Source: the human T2T-CHM13v2.0 reference genome, Homo sapiens | DNA: 64,000 nucleotides | Direction: 5' to 3' (one strand) | Assembly: GCF_009914755.1 (NCBI RefSeq) | Contig: NC_060937.1 | Shown: piece by piece, positions 1-12,944 of the stretch | Position numbering within the stretch: the first letter of the stretch is position 1 | How the letters are laid out: each line of letters opens with the position of its first letter | The notes under the pieces: model-generated | What the model saw: only the letters and a program-made list of their open reading frames with translations | Databases searched by the model: none | Told to the model about the DNA's origin: nothing | Program-made: the position numbers and the translations under genes

Positions 1-54
1 TTGCTATGTAACGTAATCAATCATTCTTCCAGCTTATTGAAAGTAAAGAATACA

Positions 55-239
55 CTTAGAACACCTATTTTAATATCCTTGTCAGATGATTTCAACATCT
101 GTGTCAGTTCTGGGTCAGTTTTGATAAACTGATTTTTCTCCTCATTATGGGTTGTATTTCCTGCTTTTTTGCATACCTTCTAGTTTTGTGTTGGATCCCA
201 AGTACTGCGAATTTTACCTTATTGAGTGCTAGATATTGC

Positions 240-240
<1 letters not shown>
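55..240 (-). mobile_element. Old L1M (L1MC/ME-like) 5'-region fragment, continuing at ~1035-1670 after younger insertions
   Basis: Motifs such as ttcaacatctgtgtcagttctgggtcagtt and gaattttaccttattgagtgctagatatt resemble antisense old L1 5' regions (recalled consensus). Confidence 0.55.
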
Positions 241-1032
<792 letters not shown>

Positions 1033-1034
1033 AG

Positions 1035-1670
1035 GATTCTTCATCTTTGTTCTGGAATGCAGTTAAGTTACAGCAAAATAGTATTTTCCCTTGGGGCTTG
1101 TTATTAAGCATTGTTAGTCACAGAGTAGGATTTATTCTAGGCCAGGTCAGTCTATTTCGTCTTCCCAATCGCTCTTGAATTACACGGTGTTCTAATTTGG
1201 CTGGCAGTCTTTCACTAGTGTCAGGTGCTTTAACTGATTATTTTAGGTGTTCCATTATTTTAATTGTTTTTATCCTGTTCTTGGGTGGTTTGTTCACATG
1301 TCTGTGCTGGTAAATACTCTCCCAAATTCCCGAGAGGGACCACATATGGATCACCACAGTTCCTCTCTTTGTGCAAAAGCTATTCTTCATTACTCTACCC
1401 TCTGACTTTTAGCCACCTTGATCATTGCAGATTCCTCTGTCTCACTTCTGAAAGTCTTCTGGGATCTACCTGGTTTCTCTCTTTCTGGACTGTGACTGTA
1501 GGTTATTTTAGGCTTTCAGATTATTTCCCATCTCTAGGAGGTTACTACCTTTCATTAACTAGAGTCTAATGTCATAAAAATTGTGCCAACATATATTTTG
1601 TCTGGGTTTTTACTTGTTTCGTGCAGAAAGTTAAATCCAGTCTCTCTTATTACATCTTGGCCTGTAGTGG
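1035..1670 (-). mobile_element. Old L1M 5'-region fragment
   Basis: tttgttctggaatgcagttaagtta and gaaagttaaatccagtctctcttattacatcttggcctgtagtgg resemble L1M 5' sequences. Confidence 0.5.
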
Positions 1671-4150
1671 TACTTTGCATTCTTTAAAGCTGTTGTGTTG
1701 GGGATCCAACACGTAACCATTGTGTTTTCATATCTTGCATGTGGTTTAAATGCTCCATATTCCTTACTGAATTTTAAACATAACTAGTAATTTACATGTT
1801 CTAATCAATAGCTTATTCATACGCACTGCCTAGAAATAATCTCAACCTCAGCATTTTTCCTGCTTCTAGAATCTAAACTAAATTATTCATAAAAGCATAA
1901 AAGGAAAAAGCATTATACAAGTTAAGATATTAAAGAAAATGGTTTCATTAGCATGATTTAAAATGTGCAGGAAATTATCATTGATGTAATATTTGGAATT
2001 AAGTAGAGCTCTGCAAGACTTGATAAATAATGAGTTCATTTCCATTTCAAAAGAAACAACTCTTAATACAGCCAAAATTGGAAAGAGACAGTCTCATGCT
2101 GACAGAGATGTTTTACACAGTATATCACTTTTTATCATGGGCAATCAGATGATCACACTTCGTATGTGGCACTGTTATTCTTTAATTTCTCAGTTTTTCA
2201 ATATGAATAGCATGAAGCAAAGGAAATGTTCATGTAACATTTTCCTATAAATAATGGAATAAATTGAATATATCTTAAAATATGCAAATGTATCATGTGA
2301 AATCTACTAAATCAGTATCTTAATCGACCTACCTCCATAAGCTATTACTTGGCACAGCACTATTTATTGGGTACTTACATATCAAACGTTATGTAATACT
2401 GAACTGAGTAATAGCTCCAACTTAGGGAATTTTTGTAGACGCAGACACATAAATAACTAAGACACACCACAATAACTGCCATAATAGGCAGATGTGTAAA
2501 GGGTAATGGCAGATAATGAATGAATAAAAAATTCATCCTAATAGTAATATGTTTGATTAGAATACCTTAAACTTTTAGTCAATTTCAATTCTTAATATGC
2601 AGGTTGGATGAGCCAAGTTTGCTTTGGCTAATATTTATTTAACTGTACAATTTAACTGTACAATGAACAAAATTAACTTGGACATTTTTTCTAAATTTCA
2701 CCTTTCTGTGTCAATCAGAGTAGGCTAATATAATACAGAAATTCAATAAATACATGAAAATAAAGTAGTATAAACTTGCTTATTAAATTGCTTTCTAGTA
2801 AGATTTAAACATATGTGATTAAAGTAATAAATTGTGTAAGAAATACTATTGCTGTTGTGAATATATTTGCTGTATTTCTTTTGATTTTTTTTATTTTTGC
2901 TATTGTAAAAAGAGAAAAGAGAAATAAATTTGTCATTTGAATGAGAATGTCTTATGTCATTTAAAAAGAGAAATATAATTAAAATATGTTAATACTAGGC
3001 CTTTTATTTGACACTATACATTTATTTTATATATATCACTCTAATATAATCCACCACGTAATCCAAGAGGATACACATTTTTACACAAACGTACACAACA
3101 CACTGTGCTCCAAGCTCATGATGTTCATCTATGTGACTTAAAACACTGAAGACCACAGTACTAATATGAGAATCAAAGTACTCCTACTTAAAAATGGGCA
3201 AGTTGCCTGTATTTGAACAACTTTATACTTTTGACAAAAGACCGAATTATTTCAGAAAAAAATTAATTTAGCTAAAGAACAGTAAGCAAGAAAGAGAAGC
3301 AGGGTGCAGGGCACACAGCATAGAATTTATGATACAGCAGCCACATAACTGGGAAAGGCAGACTTGCCTGCGTCATGCTGCTGAGGTGGGTCCAGCGCTG
3401 TCCCTTCCCCACCTGCCTTTGCTCCCTTCCAGGTCAATCCACATTCTGAAACAGTCCCTCTGTAATTTCTTTCCTATCTCTACTATGCTATGTATGCAAA
3501 ACGCAGGAGCCATGGACTGTCTGCGAAAGTGATTCCCTCATTACCGTCCTTTCACTCTTTTCATGAGAGTAATCAAACTTTTCACCTGGGGCAATCACAT
3601 GTATCAGCTGGAGGTCTCACTAGGCCATGAACGCAAAGAGTTCAAATCATTTATTCCTTATATAACCTGCAGGATCAATTTTGTTTTTCTGATTTAAAAG
3701 AAAATGAGAGAGGAGAAAAAAACAAGAAGAACAAATAAAATACAATCAAACAAAGAGCAAAAACAAAAATACAAAATGAAACTAACTTCCATCATCTTCT
3801 CTATATGCTTAAATATAAACTAAGCCTCTATATTTTTATACTTGTTATTATTATCTGTGTTCTTACTTTCGCAAAAGATAGACTGCTTCCTCTCTGCTTA
3901 TTGTAAAATGAATGAAAATTTCTCAGCGTACAATGATAAAAGCCAATAGTTACTGAGAATTTAACTGTACCTTGGAAAAGACACTTTATAAGTATTACCT
4001 GATGGAAATCTTGAAACAAATCACTGAAGGGGTAGAGATTATATCATCAGTGAGGAAATTGGAGATCAAAAAAGTTATGTAAATAGGCAAATCTAAAAAC
4101 TAATGCAAAGTGTAAACTAAAGCCACTTCTACTGAATCCAACTTTTAAAA

Positions 4151-4328
4151 TAACTATATATACATGTACCTATATACACACATACATATATAGTTAATTG
4201 CAAACCATGTAGATTGCATGCATGTATATTATATACATATACACATGTATATATGCACGTATACAATCACTATATATACATGTATATATATGTGACTGTG
4301 CATGCATGCATTCTTCATGGTTTGGAAT
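4151..4328. repeat. TA/CA-rich low-complexity tract with nested inverted repeats
   Basis: IR 4151-4161/4186-4196 (perfect) and IR 4201-4224/4301-4324 (22/24). Confidence 0.85.
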
Positions 4329-4379
4329 GAAATGTTGTACCTCAGAGTTCATAATTTTCACTCATATTTGTTAGAGAAT

Positions 4380-4750
4380 AGTTATGGATGCCTAACAATA
4401 TGAAGCACTATTGTAGCTTGATGAAGTTAAAAGAGAACAAAGCAGACAAGAATTTTGCTCTTGAGGAGCATACTGATAGCAAGGAAACAAGCAGAAAATT
4501 ACAAATCTGCCAAGAGTCAGAAGAGTAATGCAAGTTTCTATGCATAGCTATCCGAAATATAGGTTTAGTCTAGCAGAAGAGTTTAGTGAAGTGATTCCTG
4601 AAGTAGTAAAATTTCAAGTGAAATTAAAGTGAAAGTTTAAGTAAGTTGCTGAATAAGGAAAGGAAAAGCATTTCAGATAGTGGGAAAATATGTCAGGTTG
4701 GAAAGAGCTTAATATATGAGGAATCAGAGAGCTAATATACATGAAGGTAA
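4380..4750 (-). mobile_element. L2 3' fragment
   Basis: gatgcctaacaatatgaagcactattgtagc...gaacaaagcagacaagaattttgctcttgaggagcatac resembles the degraded L2 end. Confidence 0.55.
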
Positions 4751-5322
4751 TAAATTGTACTGCAAGGTGATACTAAATACACATTTTGTTAAAGGGGACT
4801 GATTTAGGGTTTAGCACATGACATGCTAAAGTGTCTTTGATTAAAAAACAATAAACATGTTTTGAAAGGTTTTATTTGGAAAGCAGAATATTTCACCTTT
4901 ATTTAACAGGTTCTTAACTGAATTGCATAGAAAGAAATTTATAGGTAAAATGCAAAAATTGTACCTAGGTGAAATTTTAAAAAATGTTTATTTTTTTCAA
5001 TAAACTTCTGTGGCCAGAGGAGAAATCAAAGAATAAATAGAAATGTTCACAGGTACATGCAAACAGATTCAGATAAACATAATTTTGTCATCAATGCTAT
5101 TGCCCTGTTATAAAACGTTCTGATATAGCGAAGGATTAAAACGGTTTTGCCTGGGCAGGAGCATTGTATTTTAATTTCACACACATGGTTTCCTTTCATG
5201 AATGATTTTGGAGACTTCTTATAAATATATTTTGGTTTTGAATATCAAGCTTTCTTGCAGAATGTTGTACATCTTGATCTCCATGAGACTGTGAAACCCT
5301 AGCCACAAATATTAAGAGAGAG

Positions 5323-5341
5323 AGAGCAAGAGAGAGAGAGA
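5323..5341. repeat. (GA)n microsatellite (tract starts ~5315)
   Basis: gagagagagagagcaagagagagagaga. Confidence 0.8.
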
Positions 5342-5419
5342 AAGATTTCTTTATAACCATAAGGGCTTGTTTTTAATCTGGGAAGACATGAATTAACACA
5401 AGACATATGAAGAAAGTGG

Positions 5420-5570
5420 TTTTAAACAAGTTACTTAATGTCTATAAGTATTAGTTACCACATCTTTGAAAGCAGGATGCCAACAATACCCTTACCATAC
5501 CCATTTATTTAAGAGTAAAATGATAAATTATAGGTAAAAACACCTCAGCATTGCTGAATCATATCATCAG
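5420..5570 (+). mobile_element. MIR fragment
   Basis: aacaagttacttaatgtctataag...catctttgaaagcaggatg...aatacc resembles the MIR core. Confidence 0.5.
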
Positions 5571-6889
5571 ACAAATACCAATCTGAATCTAAAACTTTTT
5601 CTTTTTAAAATAGCGTGCAGAAATATTTGAGAAATATATTTGAAAATGCACAAACCTAACTTTCAGAATGAATTTTTAAATTACTTTAGTGGAATAGCCA
5701 TTGTCTTCGTATCTATTTTTTGTCTTTCACGCAGTGAAAGAATGGGCTCTGATTCTAGTGAGCAACAGCCAGAGAGACTCAGACGTAGTGTCCTCTTTGA
5801 CAGGGTGAAAGTGACTGTAGCCACTCCTCTTTTCCCAGGAGATAGCAATAGAATATGTGAGAATAGCCTGAGGAGTAATGTCAGCATTTCCAATTCAATA
5901 CTGAAATAGGACTCTGTATACTCTTATTCTTCAAACCCTTAACACCATTTCACTCACAACTCTTCTCAAATGCTAAAGCTGTATTTAAAAAAAAAAATCT
6001 ATGGGATGATTAAATAAACTTTGCACATACATATCCTAGAAAAGAGTGATTATTTTCTGTGATAGTCTCTCCTTGTTTTTCCAGCCAAAAAAGAAAAAAA
6101 AAAAATCCAAGTGAGCTTGCATTGCCTAATTTGCTTCTTGTTTACAAAAGGCCTCCTTTTTTGGCATGTGGTGTAATATATAAATCTAGAGCTCAGCTAC
6201 CCCATGATGTTATTGTGTTCAATTCTGCCAAAGATCTTCATCAAAATATCCTAATGTTCTTTCCATATCCCTAGTGCATGAAAAGATGAACTGATGACAT
6301 TCAGGCATGTTTTTAAAGAGGAAAGAATACCAATTGACCTGCAATGTGACCAATATCATCTCTTCTCCAAAATAGATATATTAGGGAAAAATGTTTGACA
6401 CCAGTTAACAGAAAGTACAAATACAATTTATAAAAGTTAGAATGATTGTCTATAAACTAGGAATAACTGAAAACATTTTCTTTTTATACATAAACTCTTA
6501 AAATTTACAGGTCTCCTATATGCATACATTTTCCAAAAATTTGTATTTACTTAATCTTATAATTCTATGATTTAACCATCTCTGATATTTTTTGAGAAAG
6601 TCTGGTGAAATTTCATGTCCTTTCTAAACTCAAAAGTGTGGTTGGAGGTTATTTACAAAATGTTGATTTGCTGTAAATTAGCAAATATAACAACACCCAA
6701 ATTGAACTTAAATTGTACTTCATATTGTTTGTTATTGGGGAAGTTTGAAATCACTCAGGCAAAGAGCAATTGCACCATATAATGCCATAAAATTAGCAAT
6801 AATATTTTAATAGTAAAATTATATGCAGGCAAATGTTATTCAACCACTGAAGTTTAGATCACTTTATCCAAATTTACAAATCAAAGGGA

Positions 6890-7238
6890 TGTATTAGAAT
6901 AAAAGGCCCTCCAAATATGTCCACATCCTCATCCTTAGAATCTATTAATATGTTACCTTACATGGAAAAAGGGACTTTGGAGATGTGAATAATTAAGAAT
7001 CTTGAGATGCAAGGGATATTGTGGATTATCCAGAGGGCTGAATGTTATTGATCAAGTCCTTAAAAGCGAAAGAGAAAGGTAAGAGAGTCAGAGTCAGAGA
7101 AGAGGAAGCAGAGTCAGAGTGAGATTTGAAGCTGCTATACTGTTGACTTTAAACATGAAGTATAGGGCTAAGGAATGAAGTTGCTTCTAGAAGCTAAAAA
7201 AGACAAAGAAAAAATACCCTTCGTTAGATTCTCCAGAA
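6890..7238 (+). mobile_element. MLT1 (MLT1D-like) MaLR LTR, 3' part missing
   Basis: gccctccaaatatgtccacatcctcatcc...tgttaccttacatggaaaaagggactttggagatgtg...cttctagaagct. Confidence 0.85.
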
Positions 7239-7365
7239 CAGGGGTGCCCAATTTTTTGGCTTCCCTGGGCCACATTGGAAGAAGAATAATTGTCTTGGGA
7301 GATGCATAAGATACACAAACACTAACAATAGATGATGAGCTTAAAAAATGCAAAAAAATCTCATA
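7239..7365 (+). mobile_element. MER30 (hAT-Charlie), left half only
   Basis: caggggtgcccaattttttggcttccctgggccacattggaagaagaa...gatgagcttaaaaaatgcaaaaaaatctcata; preceded by the hAT-like target ctccagaa. Confidence 0.9.
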
Positions 7366-9943
7366 TTTTTTAAAGTTCCAGGGTACATGTGCAGCATGTG
7401 CAGATTTGTTACACAGGTAACTGTGTGTCATGGTAGTTTGCTGCACCTATCAACCCATCACCTAGGTATTAAGCCTACTATGCATTAGTTATTTTTCCCG
7501 ATTCTCTCTCTCTCCTTGTCCCCTCCTGACAGGCCCCAGTGTGTGTTGTTCCCCTACTTGTGTCTATGTGTTCAGACTGTTCAGCTCACACTTATAAGTG
7601 AGAACATGTGGTGTTTGGTTTTCTGTTCCTGCATTAGTTTGTTGAGGATAATGGTTTCCAGTTTCATTCATATCCCTGCAAAGACATGATCTCATTCCTT
7701 TTTCCTTTTTATAGCTGCATAGTATTCCATGGGGTGCATGTACCACATTTTCTTTATCCAGTCTGTCATTGATGGGCATTTGGGTTGATTCCATGTTGTT
7801 GCTATTGTGAATAGAGCTGCAATGAACATACATGTGCATGTATCTTTACAATAGAATGATTAATATTACTTTGGATATACCCAGTAATGGGATTGCTAGG
7901 TCAAATGGTATTTACATTTCTGGTTCTAAGTCTTTGAGGAATTGCCACACTGTCTTCCACAATGGTTGAACTAATTTGCATTCCAGCCAATAGTGTAAAA
8001 GTGTTCCTATTTCACTTCAGTCTTGCCAGTATCTGTCGTTTCTTGACTTTTTAATAATTGCCATTCCGACAGGCATAAGATGGTATCTCATTGTGGTTTT
8101 TATTTGCATTTCTCTAATAATCGATGATGTTGAGCTATTTTTCATATGTTCATTGTCCTCATAAATGTCTTTAGAGAAGTGTCATGTCCTTTGCCCACTT
8201 TTTAATGGGGTTGTTTTTTTCTTGTAAATTTGTTTAAGTTTCTTGTAGATTATGGACATTAGACCTTTGTCAAATGGGTAGATTGCAAAGATTTTCTCCC
8301 ATCCTCTAGGCTGCCTGTTCACTTTGATGATAGTTTCTTTTGCTGTGCAGAAGCTCCTTAGTTTAAATAGATCCCATTTGTCAATTTTTGCTTTTGTTGC
8401 AATTGATGTTGACATTTTCATTATTAAATCTTTGCCTGTGTCTATGCCCTGGATGGTATTGCCTAGATTTTCTTCTAGGGTTTTATAATTTTGGGTTTTA
8501 CCTTCAAGTCTTTGAGTTTCTTTTTAATAAAGTGTAAGGAAGGCATTCAGTTTCAATTTTCTGCATATGGCTAGCCAGTTCTCCCACCACCATTTGTTAA
8601 ATAGGGAATCCTTTCTGCATTGCTTGTTTTTACCTGGTTTGTCGAAGATCAGATGGTTGTAGGTGTATAGTCTTATTTCTGTTCCATCATTTTGGTGTCT
8701 TTTTTTGTACCAGTGCCATGCTCTTTTGGTTACTGTAGCCTTGTAATATAGTTTGAAGTCAAGGAGCATGATGCCTCCAGTTTTTTTTTTTTTTTTTCTT
8801 TTCTTTTTTTTCCTTAGGATTGTCTTGGCTATAAGGGCTCCTTTTGTTTCACATGAAATTTAAAATAGTTTTTTTCTAAATCTGTGAAGAATGTCAATGG
8901 TAGTTTAATGGGAATAGCATTGAATCTATAAATTACTTTGGGCAGTATGGCCATTTTCACCATACTGATTCTTCTTATTCATGAGCATCGAATGTTTTTC
9001 CATTTGTTTGTGTTCTCTCTGATTTCCTTGAGCAGTGGTTTGTACTTCTCCTTGAAGGGGTCTTTCACTTCCCTTGTTAGCTGTATTCTTAGGTATTTTA
9101 TTCTCTTTGCAGCAATTGCGAATGGATGGGAGTACATTCATGGTTTGGCTGTCTGCTTGCCTGTTGCTGGTATATAGGACTGCTCGTGATTTTTTTCACA
9201 TTGATTTTATATCCTGAGCTGAAGTTGCTTATCATTTCAAGGAGTTTTTGGGCTGAGACGATGGGGTTTTCTAAATATAGGATCATGTCATCTGCAAAGA
9301 GAGAAAATTTGACCCCCTCTCTTCCTATTTGTATACCTTTATTTCTTTCTCTTGCTTGATTGCCCTGTCCAGAACTCCCAATACTATGTTGCATAGGAGT
9401 GCCGAGAGAGGGAATCCTTGTCTTGTGCCAGTTTTCAAGGGGAATGCATTCAATTTTTGCCCATTGAGTATGATATTGGCTGTGGTTTGTCATAAATGGC
9501 TCTTATTATTATGAGGTATGTTTCTTCAATACCTAGTTTACTGAGAGTTTTTAACATGAAAGGATGTTGAATTTTATCAAAGGCCTTTTCTGCAGCTATT
9601 GAGATAATCGTGTGGTTTTTCTCTTTAGTTCTGTTTATGTGGTGTATTATGTTTATTGATTTGTGTGTGTTGAACCAGCCCAGAGATAAAGCCGACTTGA
9701 TCGTGGATAAGCTTTTTGATGTGCTGCTGGATTAGGTTTGTTAGTATTTTATTGAGGATTTTTGCATCAATGTTCACAGATATTGGCCTTAAGTTTTCTT
9801 TTTTTGTTTAGCTCTGCCAGATTTTGGTATGAGGATGATGCTGGCCTCATAAAATGAGTTAGAAAGGAGCCCCTCCTTTTCAATTCTTGGGAAGAGTTTC
9901 AGAAGAAATGGTACCAGCTCTTCTTTGTACCCTGGTGGAATTC
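7366..9943 (-). mobile_element. 5'-truncated L1PA (PA7/PA8-like), ~2.6 kb, dead ORF2
   Basis: 3' UTR ggtacatgtgcagcatgtgcagatttgttacacaggtaa. ORF2 remnants include [33 protein letters not shown] and the RT motif FSLFADDMILYLENP. Frameshifted throughout. Confidence 0.95.
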
Positions 9944-10136
9944 TCCTTACTACTAAAGTCTTTCTTTTTCAAACAACTTCAATTTAGGAACATAATCTCG
10001 ATCTCATTATTACTTGCAATTAAAGATAAATTTGCAAGGGATCATGGTCCATCAGCTATTCCTTTTATAGATTTATTTATCCTCTGTTTACAGGTGTTTT
10101 CCCAAAATTTAGTGTTTCCCACATTAAAAAAATAGA

Positions 10137-10230
10137 ACTTTTCAAACATTAACATGCTTTAGAATCACTTGGAGGACTTATAAAAACACAGATTATAGGG
10201 CCCCATATCCAGAGATATTAACTTAGAATG
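10137..10230. mobile_element. MER5A-like hAT fragment
   Basis: ttcaaacattaacatgctttagaatcacttggaggacttataaaaacacagattatagggcccc. Confidence 0.65.
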
Positions 10231-10259
10231 TACAGCAAAATGTCTCCAGAAGATTTTCT

Positions 10260-10650
10260 GTCTCTGCATCCACACTCTACATCAGCTCCTCAATGCACAA
10301 TGTGCTAGCAGTCTTGCCTAACACGGTCCTGAAGAGATTCTTGCTAGCATCACTAATTGCCTGCACATTGTTAAATCTAATCATACTTCTCAGTTCTCAA
10401 ATACTTGAAATCTTATTACTTATAAATAGAGTTAATGACATCCACATCTGCAAATAATCTTTTCCATTGGCATCAGTAACAGTCTTCTTCTCTTCTCCAT
10501 TCCAATTTCAATCTTTTTAGTCTCACTTGGAAGCTCTTCTATTTCACATGACTGTTAATTATAAAATTTCTTTGAGTCTCTCATTTGCGTACTTCTCTTC
10601 TAATGCTTTAATTACTCTTTAGGGGAAATACTTTAGTTATGTATTCAATA
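10260..10650 (+). mobile_element. L2 fragment (degraded)
   Basis: cactaattgcctgcacattgttaaatctaatcatacttctcagttctc resembles L2 ORF2 DNA. Confidence 0.45.
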
Positions 10651-10899
10651 TTCTTAAGTAAGATAAAGATTATAGAAGAAGGATTGGAAAATTCTCATGA
10701 AATATGAAAGTATATTATGTGCCCCTGAGATTATAAATTTCCAAGTAAGCATACCATTGAAACTGTGCATCTTTTAATATAGGTACATATTTTGCTGTAT
10801 TCACGTGTTTAAAATAAATAAAATTACCATTAAAGCATACCCTCAAAACACCCTAACACTTATCCATCTGTCTCTCCTTAATATAACCACTAGTCTGAA

Positions 10900-11600
10900 G
10901 TTGGAATCACAAATATGCAATTTTAACTTTTATAAAAATGTTTATTAAAATATAAAATATTGTTTTATGTAATTGCAATATTTCAACTGATATAAAATTC
11001 TACAGATTATGAAGCAAATTACTTCTTTTACTAAAAATATTGGTGAATTTCATCCCTACTTAGACCTCTATGATTTAAACATTCATTTTACTTGTTTAAT
11101 ACTGCATTGCATGTATAAACCACAATTTATCTCCCACTGAGGAAAATTTAGATTGTTTCTATCATAAAGGGATTAATGTAGTACTGTTATCTACATCTCT
11201 ACACTTGGGTTCCTCTAAGGTAAACCCACCTAGATTGAAATTGTCAGAATGCAGTGTACGTGTACTTTTGCTTATCCACAATATTACTAAATTGCACCCT
11301 AAAATGGAATTAACCTTGTTAAAAGAATATAGTCAATCTATTTGGTATCAAATTTTACCTCAGGGATGTTTTCATTTCTTGATTAATAATGAAACTGAAC
11401 ATAATTATTAGTTTATATATTTAGTTGACAATCAAGTCTCCTTTTTCATGAATGCTTTTTCATTTCCTTTGTTTTTTCACCTAGAATTGTGTACCTTTTC
11501 AGTTTTTGAATATTGGTAGTTTTTATATATCTTCCAGATATTAAAACTTTGCTAATTATGTATGTTGCATATGTCTATTTCCATCCTGTGGGGCTTTTAC
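10900..11600 (-). mobile_element. Old L1ME-like 3' fragment
   Basis: ataaaccacaatttatc...ttagattgtttct...aaaactttgctaattatgtatgttgcatatgtct. Confidence 0.5.
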
Positions 11601-11639
11601 ATATTCTATATATCCATCCATTTTTTATATCCAAAATTT

Positions 11640-12103
11640 TATGTATCTATACATATATACACACGTACATATATATGCATATTCATGAATATATGTATAT
11701 GTATATAAAATATATACATATAATATGGATAAATATGACATCTATGTATGCATCTATAAATATGTACATATATGATACATATACACAATATAATATATGA
11801 TGTATATATTATATACAAATAATATATGATGTATATATTGTGTGTATATATACTATATATTATATAAATATATTTATATACATACATATGTGTATTTATC
11901 CCTACGCTTATATACACAGATATCCACATACATATACACTTACAATCCTCTCTTTTATTCCCCATCTATAATATATAGAAATATATACACATATATGTGT
12001 ACATAATATATAGGGATATTTAAACATATGTGTGTGTATACATATAATGTGTATATATTTAATGTGTAGATATCCCTATATATGTATGTGTGTATATATC
12101 CCT

Positions 12104-12145
<42 letters not shown>

Positions 12146-12155
12146 TATGTATATA
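11640..12155. repeat. ~500-bp (TA)/(CA)-rich low-complexity tract with a pure (TA)n run
   Basis: Read directly; pure TA run at ~12110-12141. Confidence 0.9.
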
Positions 12156-12257
12156 TGGGGGAGGAGAGAGTTTTAATTCTAGTAATGCTAGTACACTACT
12201 TACTACTTTTTAGTTTATGATTTTTCATATCTTTAGGAAATATTACTTTTTCTTAAT

Positions 12258-12936
12258 TAAGAAAAAACTGTGCAAGATTTTATTCAAGACTATTGCAATA
12301 GAGGAGGGAGTCCAGAACTCAGTCTGTACTCAATTCCACCAAAACAAAGGGAGTTAGACTTTTTAAGACCAAGGGTAGAAAAATGATGAGTATGTGAGGT
12401 AATGCACGTGATAATTAGCTCAAACGAGGCATTCCACAGTGTATGCATATTTCAAAACATCATCCTCTATGTCGCCAATATGTCCAACTTTGTATTTGTC
12501 AATTTTAAAATAAAAAATGAAATAAAGCGGAAGTGAAGGGGAGATCATAGGCTACCTGTATTTTGTTAATTGGCCTTACCCAAATGGCAAAGTAAACTTT
12601 CTCATATCTTCATGACACAAAGTAGTTTTACAACTTGCCATAAGGCTTGCAAGGAAGCCTTGTACTCCAATAAAGACTTGAAGATGGGGCACTATCTTCC
12701 TTGATGAGTATATGTCAAAGAAATGGCTCCTAGGTTCTTGAAAAACACATTCTTGAATATATAACTGGAAAGAGACTTTTAAAATGTTTTAAAAGATGTC
12801 AAAGGAGTGAGAAAAAAAGTAGAATTACAGCCATTCTAAAGAAAGTGCTCTAAATAAAAAAGATCAGGGCCTGGGGTCACAAAGGAGCCTAACCAAACTC
12901 TACCAAAATTGAGAGAAATCATAAGGCCCTCCTGGC
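12258..12936 (-). mobile_element. ERV1 MER4-group solo LTR (MER31/MER67-like), interrupted by an L1MA 3' end
   Basis: gattttattcaagactattgcaatagaggagggag...ggggcactatcttccttgatg...gaaatggctcctaggttcttgaaaaacacattc. Confidence 0.65.
12378..12526 (+). mobile_element. L1MA 3' terminal fragment nested in the LTR
   Basis: gagtatgtgaggtaatgcacgtgataattagctc...cattccacagtgtatgcatatttcaaaacatc...tttgtcaattttaaaataaaaa. Confidence 0.85.
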
Positions 12937-12944
12937 AGGCAGTA

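Noticed and set aside
2282-2289. Isolated octamer ATGCAAAT (several more elsewhere)
   Set aside because: Expected by chance in AT-rich DNA
2637-2662. 13-bp tandem duplication (also a ~19-bp one near 47180)
   Set aside because: Ordinary slippage microduplications
9098-9493. ORF with a reverse-transcriptase FADD motif
   Set aside because: Frameshifted fragment of a 5'-truncated L1 ORF2, not an autonomous RT or retron
11513-11965. Tyr/Ile-rich ORFs (also 31987, 42728)
   Set aside because: Translation of (TA)/(CA) low-complexity DNA
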